From Archangiaceae bacterium (GTDB lineage: Bacteria; Myxococcota; Myxococcia; Myxococcales; Myxococcaceae): a stretch of DNA of 14,536 bases. This document shows, in pieces, positions 9,521-14,536 of the stretch (position 1 is the first letter of the stretch; every line of letters starts with the position of its first letter). Where the stretch lies: positions 1 to 14,536 of the forward strand of contig JAYVCD010000155.1 of NCBI GenBank assembly GCA_043750125.1, in the 5' to 3' direction. The notes beneath the pieces were generated by a model, which was not told the DNA's origin, did not search any database, and worked only from the letters and a program-made list of their open reading frames with translations. The translations under genes were made by a program, and so were the position numbers.

Positions 9521-11809
9521 ATGGAGCGACGCGGGCCCCTCTTGTCCCTCTCACTGCTCAACTCGTTTGGAGGAGACATCGACGAGCTCGACGTCTCTGA
9601 GGATCTCAATGCGTGGGTGGCCAGCGGAGATCCAAAGGTCATCGCTGACGGGCTGGCCCCGTTCGTCAAGCCTGGCGCCACGACCGGGAATGGCGTTGTG
9701 CTCTTTTTGGCTTCTTCGTTCGTCGCCGACACGATCCGGCTGACCCAGTCACAAACGCTCGCGACGAAGCCGATCGTCGAAGGGTTCAGCGGGGCGATTC
9801 GGATATTGACTGGGGTGGATCAAGCAACGCCGATAACGCACGAGTTCTTGCAGAGCATCGAGAGCGGGTTCGAGGATCTCTGGGCGGAGACGATCAATGC
9901 TCTGCCCAGCGCCGAGTTCGTGGCGGTATCAGACCGAGTTTTCAAGATCAGCGATCCCCTGGTGATCCTCGCCTGGGACGCGCAGCAGCCGCCGTCCGTC
10001 TTTGGCCAGCAGGTGGTGGCAGTGTTGGACGAAAAATTGGCTTTCTACTTTGGCAGCTATGACACCGAAGCGGTGGGCGTGGTGGGCGAGCGAATTGGTC
10101 GCCTGATCGTCAAAGAGAAGCCCGACCTGCTGGGCCACGTGTTGGTTCGTCAGGGTGACCAATGGCATCGCTGGCTCCCACCCCGGAGCAACGCGCTCGC
10201 GAGGGCTCGCTTCGTGATGATGCGGCGCTGCGCGCTGCGCGGCGAGTACGCCAGACAAGGTCGGCTGCTGCGAAAGGGACGAGAAGAGTACGTCGCGACC
10301 TACATGGCGGACACGAAGGACGAGCTGACGTTGCTTTCGGTTTCACCCTGGCTCGCTGGGAGGGCGATGCTGTTGCCCCGCGCCGAGATGCTGGTGCTGG
10401 GCCAGAGCCTGCTGAAGCAAAAAAAGGTTTCGTTCGACGTGTTCCAGAAGCAGCTGGGCCACCTGCTGAAGCAGGTCGAAGGCCTCTATCCGCCCAGGTG
10501 GCTCGTGGACGCGTTTCCGACTGCCGAGGAACTGGCTGCACTTCCAGAAATGGTCCACGGCGGCGCGAACAGCCCGCTGGTCGAATGGTGGGAAGAGGGT
10601 GTCACCGGGACTTCGGTCGAACTGTCTCCGGCGTACGGCGTGCCGACCCGCGAGCAGTTCGCGGCCGAAGCGCAGGCGGTGCTGGCCGAATTGGGCGAGA
10701 GCCAGATGGAGTACTCCCAGGAGCAGTTCGGCGTTCTGCTGCCCGCCGACGAAAAAGCGCTTCCACCCGGGATCCCCGAGGGGTTCGGTGCGATGCGGGT
10801 GATCGGGTTTCAGACCCCCTTCGAGCGCTACCGGCATTCCCCCGCCGTCGAACGCCGGCTGATGTTGAAGAACTACTTCACTGACGGCCTCAACGAGTTG
10901 GTCGTTGCGCCGGCAGCGCGGGCAGACGTGCTTCCGATTCTGAGACCGCAGAAGGAACTCTGGCAGAGCGGGCTGCAAGTCAAGCTCCAGTTCCCGGGCA
11001 AGGACGTAGCCGCCTCACGGGCGGTGAGCCAATCGTTCGTCGCGAACCGAATTCGAACTTCCTTCGTGATCGACAGCTCGAAAGCCATCCGCTTCGTGAC
11101 GGACGTTGAGCTGGCCGTCCTGGCGCTGAACGAGGGCAGCCTGTTCGAGCTGGCGATCGCCAACCTCGAGGTGCGCAGCACGCGGCCTCTGCTTCAGGTC
11201 GCCGCGGGCGTCTACGTCTCACCCTACGAAGATGACTACGACGCGACCCGGCTGTTGCTACCGCAGCTGTTCACCAGCCTGAAGCTGAAGGGAGCGCCCG
11301 TCGCGTTCGTGCCCAACCGTTCGACGTTGATCGTCACCGGCAGCGAGGACGTGCCGGGGCTGATTGAAGCGTTCGCGCGGGTGCGGCTTGCGCAGAAAGG
11401 CGATTCGCGGCCGGTCGATGCAGCGCCGCTGCGGCTGGCGGGTGACGAATGGGCGGTATGGCTGCCACCCACAAGCAGCGCCGCCCGCCCGGCGCTCGAG
11501 GCGCTGGTCAACGAGCAGCTGGCTGGCGACCACCAATCTGGCGGAAGGCTGCTCAAAGAGCTGTGGCCCAACAGCGTCGTGGCCCAAATCGCGACCCGCA
11601 CCAGAGCAGACAAGCCCTGGCCCGAGGTGTCGGTGCTTCTTCCCGCTGACCCTTTGGCTGAGGTGCTGCTGCCGATGGCGGACCTGGTATTGACGGCCGA
11701 CGAATTTCAGCTGGCGTGGGCAGACTTCGCGCGCGTCCACGCTGGCAGGCTGCGTCCAGTCGAAGGCGCCGAAGGTCGGTGGTGGCACCTCAGCGGGCTT
11801 CAGCGCTGA
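9521..11809 (+). CDS. Hypothetical protein with two tandem homologous units (second unit tentatively DUF1444-like); possibly frameshifted at the 5' end
   Basis: 762-aa ORF. Internal similarity: GDQWHRWLPP/GDEWAVWLPP, GRLLRK/GRLLKE, MLLPRAEMLVL/VLLPMADLVL, GHLLKQVEG/GRLRPVEG. The second unit has GVYVSPYEDDYDATRLLLP and PVAFVPNRSTLIVTGSED. The family name is from memory and unverified. Confidence 0.75.
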   Translation: MERRGPLLSLSLLNSFGGDIDELDVSEDLNAWVASGDPKVIADGLAPFVKPGATTGNGVVLFLASSFVADTIRLTQSQTLATKPIVEGFSGAIRILTGVDQATPITHEFLQSIESGFEDLWAETINALPSAEFVAVSDRVFKISDPLVILAWDAQQPPSVFGQQVVAVLDEKLAFYFGSYDTEAVGVVGERIGRLIVKEKPDLLGHVLVRQGDQWHRWLPPRSNALARARFVMMRRCALRGEYARQGRLLRKGREEYVATYMADTKDELTLLSVSPWLAGRAMLLPRAEMLVLGQSLLKQKKVSFDVFQKQLGHLLKQVEGLYPPRWLVDAFPTAEELAALPEMVHGGANSPLVEWWEEGVTGTSVELSPAYGVPTREQFAAEAQAVLAELGESQMEYSQEQFGVLLPADEKALPPGIPEGFGAMRVIGFQTPFERYRHSPAVERRLMLKNYFTDGLNELVVAPAARADVLPILRPQKELWQSGLQVKLQFPGKDVAASRAVSQSFVANRIRTSFVIDSSKAIRFVTDVELAVLALNEGSLFELAIANLEVRSTRPLLQVAAGVYVSPYEDDYDATRLLLPQLFTSLKLKGAPVAFVPNRSTLIVTGSEDVPGLIEAFARVRLAQKGDSRPVDAAPLRLAGDEWAVWLPPTSSAARPALEALVNEQLAGDHQSGGRLLKELWPNSVVAQIATRTRADKPWPEVSVLLPADPLAEVLLPMADLVLTADEFQLAWADFARVHAGRLRPVEGAEGRWWHLSGLQR

Positions 11810-11856
11810 GACCGTCGATCAAGATGCCCGCTAGACACGCGATCAGGTCGACGGTC
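11810..11856 (+). terminator. Possible stem-loop directly after the stop codon
   Basis: GACCGTCGA (11810-11818) and TCGACGGTC (11848-11856) are perfect inverted arms. The loop is long and there is no U tract. Confidence 0.3.
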
Positions 11857-12089
11857 GTCCTCGGCCTGCGGACGAGCTCACGACGCGAAGAAGGACTCCC
11901 GCGGCGAGGCAGCAGAGGCCCCGAGCAGCACACCTGAATCGTGACCGATCGCCCGACGCTCGAGCCGAAGAAAGAGCTGTCAGCAGGTGGGCAAAAAAGT
12001 CCCAGCTGAAAACCTGAAATATTGTTTCGCAGAGGGCCTGATCGGAACTATTCGGTTGACCGAGCTCGTGTTTGTCAATCCAGGCGCCC

Positions 12090-13256
12090 ATGACCCTCTC
12101 TGCTGTAGTTAACGATGCAAGCTCGGACAGTGTCGAAGCTGGATCCTCGCTCGGCAAAGAGATTCGTGCCGTCTTCAAGGGCGAGAGGCCCGACGCGGTG
12201 ATCGTATTTGCCTCGCCGAGACATGATTTTTCGGCCTTGTTGAAAGCACTTCAGGCCAGTTGCAGTCCGAAGATCTTGATCGGCTCTTCGTCGGCGGGCG
12301 AATTTACCAGCGCCACCCACGGAGAAGGCCTCGCCTGCGCGATCGCGCTGGGCAATCCACAGATGGAGTTCTCGCTCGGAGTGGGTCGAAACCTCAGCCG
12401 AGACCGCAAGCTCGCCTCGAATCAGGTCACCTCTTCGTTCAAGGGCCTCGCCGGTCGCCAGTTTGAACATCGCGCCGCGCTGGTGTTGGCGGACGCGCTG
12501 GCGGGACAGGCGGATGAGCTGGTCGAACACCTGACCGTCGGCACCGGCGCGAGCTACAGCCTGTTTGGCGGGGGAGCGGGCGGCGACGACAATTTCGAGA
12601 AGCGCTTCGTCTTCGCCGGGACCGAGGTGATCAGCGATGCCGTCGTCGCGCTCGAGATCCTCTCTCACAAGCCGATTGGGGTGGGGGTTCGACACGGCTG
12701 GACGCCGAAGAGCCCGGCGTTGCGGGTGACCGAGGCAGAAGGAATGCGCCTGGGAAGCCTCAACGCTGCCCCCGCCGCCGAAGTGTTTGCCGACCACGCG
12801 GCAGCCACCGGCCAGAAATTCGATCTCGCCCAGCCGCTGCCCTTTTTCCTCCACAACATCCTTGGGGTCGACACCGGCAACGGCCACAAGCTGCGGGTCC
12901 CGCTGACGGTGAATGCGGATCGCTCGGTGGCCTTCGCGACCGAAGTGCCGGCGGGAGCGACGGCGGCCATCATGTGCGTCAGCGCCGACTCGGCTGCTGC
13001 CGCCGCCGCCGAGAGTGCCCGCGATGCGCTGAACCAACTGGGAGGTCACAAACCGGCAGTGGCGCTTTTCTTCGACTGCGTCGCCACCCGGCTGCGAATG
13101 GGAAAAGAGTTTGGCTTCGAGCTGAAGGCGGTCCAGGAAGTGTTGGGCGAGGTCCGGTTCGCGGGCTGCAACACGATTGGGCAGATCGCCCGCGTCGATG
13201 GCCAATTCAGCGGCTTTCACAACTGCACCGCAGTGGTGTGCGTTCTCCCAGACTGA
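12090..13256 (+). CDS. FIST-N/FIST-C domain sensor protein (NosP-like), 388 aa
   Basis: VIVFASPRHD, LIGSSSAGEF, LFGGGAGGDD, GVRHGWTP, LFFDCVATR, AGCNTIGQIA and FHNCTAVV are typical FIST motifs. ATG 12090 is preferred over TTG 12072. Confidence 0.9.
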   Translation: MTLSAVVNDASSDSVEAGSSLGKEIRAVFKGERPDAVIVFASPRHDFSALLKALQASCSPKILIGSSSAGEFTSATHGEGLACAIALGNPQMEFSLGVGRNLSRDRKLASNQVTSSFKGLAGRQFEHRAALVLADALAGQADELVEHLTVGTGASYSLFGGGAGGDDNFEKRFVFAGTEVISDAVVALEILSHKPIGVGVRHGWTPKSPALRVTEAEGMRLGSLNAAPAAEVFADHAAATGQKFDLAQPLPFFLHNILGVDTGNGHKLRVPLTVNADRSVAFATEVPAGATAAIMCVSADSAAAAAAESARDALNQLGGHKPAVALFFDCVATRLRMGKEFGFELKAVQEVLGEVRFAGCNTIGQIARVDGQFSGFHNCTAVVCVLPD

Positions 13257-13264
13257 TCCGCACG

Positions 13265-14536
13265 ATGGACGTAACCATTCACAGCCTGATGCTTCGTCTC
13301 ACCCGCGCCGAGGGACGTGCGGCATCGGCTGCGGCGCTGGCCACCTTCGTTGGCGCCAGCGAGCTGGTCGTCTTCGCCGTTGATCCCGAGGTCAACGTCC
13401 TTCTGCCTGCACCTGGGTTTTCCCAGACGCTGACCGACGTCAAGGCCTGGCGCGCCTTCCTCGACGCGACCGTCAATTCAGCCTCCGCCCACCGCGCGCC
13501 TCTGAGCGGCCGGGAGGCAGTGGGAATCCGGGGGGATGATGGGACGGTGATGGTGTTGCTTGGCGGCGCCCCCCGGCCCTGGGCGTTCGAGCAGATCGCG
13601 CAGCTGCTTCCCTTCATCGGAGCGGTGTTCGTCGCCGAACGCCTCGCGCTGTCGGGAAAGGGCGACGCGATGGTTGCTCGGGCGTCAGCACGGAAGGCCG
13701 AAGAGCTCACCGCCTCGCTGGCGCGGACCCAGGCGGGGCTGAACACCGCGCTGGGCGAGCTCCATCAAAAACAGGAGTGGCTGTCGACGACGCTGAAGAG
13801 CATCGGAGACGCGGTGATCGTGACCGATGCGGGCAGCCAGGTGATGTTCATCAACGCCGTCGCGGGGAAGTTGACTGGGTGGGCGCCGGGCGAAGCGAAG
13901 GGCCGTCCACTGAGCGAGGTGTTCCGGATTCACAACCATGACAGCCGCGCGGTGGCCCGCTGTCCGGTGAACCAGGCGTTGACGACCGGAGAGATTGTCG
14001 GGCTGACGAACGAGACCTTCTTGATTCGAAAAGACCTGACCGAGGTCTTCATCGATGACAGCGCGGCGCCGATTCGCAACGAGGCGGGCCGGGTCACCGG
14101 GGCTGTGCTCGTCTTTCGCGACATCACTGCCCGCAAGAGAATCGAGGACGAAGAGCGGAAGCTGCGGGTGAAGGAGCGGGTGGCGCTCGAGTTCGAGCAG
14201 CAACTGATCGGAATCGTCAGCCACGACCTTCGCAACCCTCTGGCCGCGATGCTGATGGCCGCCACGCTGCTCGAGAAGATGGTGCCGGAACCGGCAGCCA
14301 AAAAGGTGCTCGCCCGCATCGCGACCAGCGGGCAGCGCGCCAGCCGAATGATTGGAGATCTACTCGACTTCACCCAGGCCCGCTTCGCCGGCGGCCTCTC
14401 GGTCAGCCCCGCGCCGATGGACCTTCACGACGTGATGAAGCAGGGGGTCGACGAAGCGCGGCTGGCGAACCCCGATCGCACGATCGAAGTGTCTTCCCAG
14501 GGCAGCGGGCGCGGTTGCTGGGATGCGGACCGGATT
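13265..14536 (+). CDS. Soluble PAS-domain sensor histidine kinase; 3' end lies outside the window
   Basis: Manual translation from ATG 13265 (MDVTIHSLMLRL...) is open for 424 codons. PAS: WLSTTLKSIGDAVIVTD...SAAPIR...VLVFRDIT (~13778-14128). HisKA: FEQQLIGIVSHDLRNPL (His 14222-14224), DLLDFTQAR. The HATPase start WDADRI is at the edge. Begins 8 nt after the FIST stop. Confidence 0.93.
   Translation, partial: MDVTIHSLMLRLTRAEGRAASAAALATFVGASELVVFAVDPEVNVLLPAPGFSQTLTDVKAWRAFLDATVNSASAHRAPLSGREAVGIRGDDGTVMVLLGGAPRPWAFEQIAQLLPFIGAVFVAERLALSGKGDAMVARASARKAEELTASLARTQAGLNTALGELHQKQEWLSTTLKSIGDAVIVTDAGSQVMFINAVAGKLTGWAPGEAKGRPLSEVFRIHNHDSRAVARCPVNQALTTGEIVGLTNETFLIRKDLTEVFIDDSAAPIRNEAGRVTGAVLVFRDITARKRIEDEERKLRVKERVALEFEQQLIGIVSHDLRNPLAAMLMAATLLEKMVPEPAAKKVLARIATSGQRASRMIGDLLDFTQARFAGGLSVSPAPMDLHDVMKQGVDEARLANPDRTIEVSSQGSGRGCWDADRI

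Noticed and set aside
9510-9695. Short match CGCCACCGGGAATGG versus CGCCACGACCGGGAATGG
   Set aside because: Too short and GC-rich to distinguish from chance, and the two lie in different reading frames.
9171-9743. 190-aa plus-strand ORF as a complete gene
   Set aside because: It runs through the repeat and intergenic region. Only the part from ATG 9423 to ~9520 looks protein-like, and that is treated as a frameshifted N-terminus.
11843-13220. Minus-strand ORFs of 111 and 381 aa
   Set aside because: They overlap the FIST gene and its AT-richer promoter region in antisense, with no supporting motifs.

Overview
GC-rich window, probably myxobacterial (inferred from the kinase and hypothetical-protein styles). 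Left 9.2 kb, minus strand: the 5' part of a hybrid NRPS/PKS cluster. Gene order is a 405-aa protein of unrecognised family (7964-9181), a proline-4-hydroxylase/PhyH-type Fe(II)/2OG dioxygenase (7082-7891), a one-module NRPS C-A-T (3726-7085), and a PKS KS-AT-T-thioester reductase (3733 to off the left edge; missing from the ORF track). The last three genes overlap at their start/stop codons. Most unusual: the 405-aa gene has a mosaic 5' end. Its leader and first 7 codons are an ~82% copy of the dioxygenase leader, and its first ~33 residues match the NRPS N-terminal docking-like peptide, including an identical 20-nt stretch. This suggests an uncharacterised docking-tagged enzyme acting in trans on the assembly line. 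Right part, plus strand: an internally duplicated ~760-800-aa hypothetical protein whose probable true N-terminus is out of frame, then a FIST (NosP-like) sensor and a soluble PAS histidine kinase that runs off the right edge. All alignments and motif calls were made by eye; no database searches were run.
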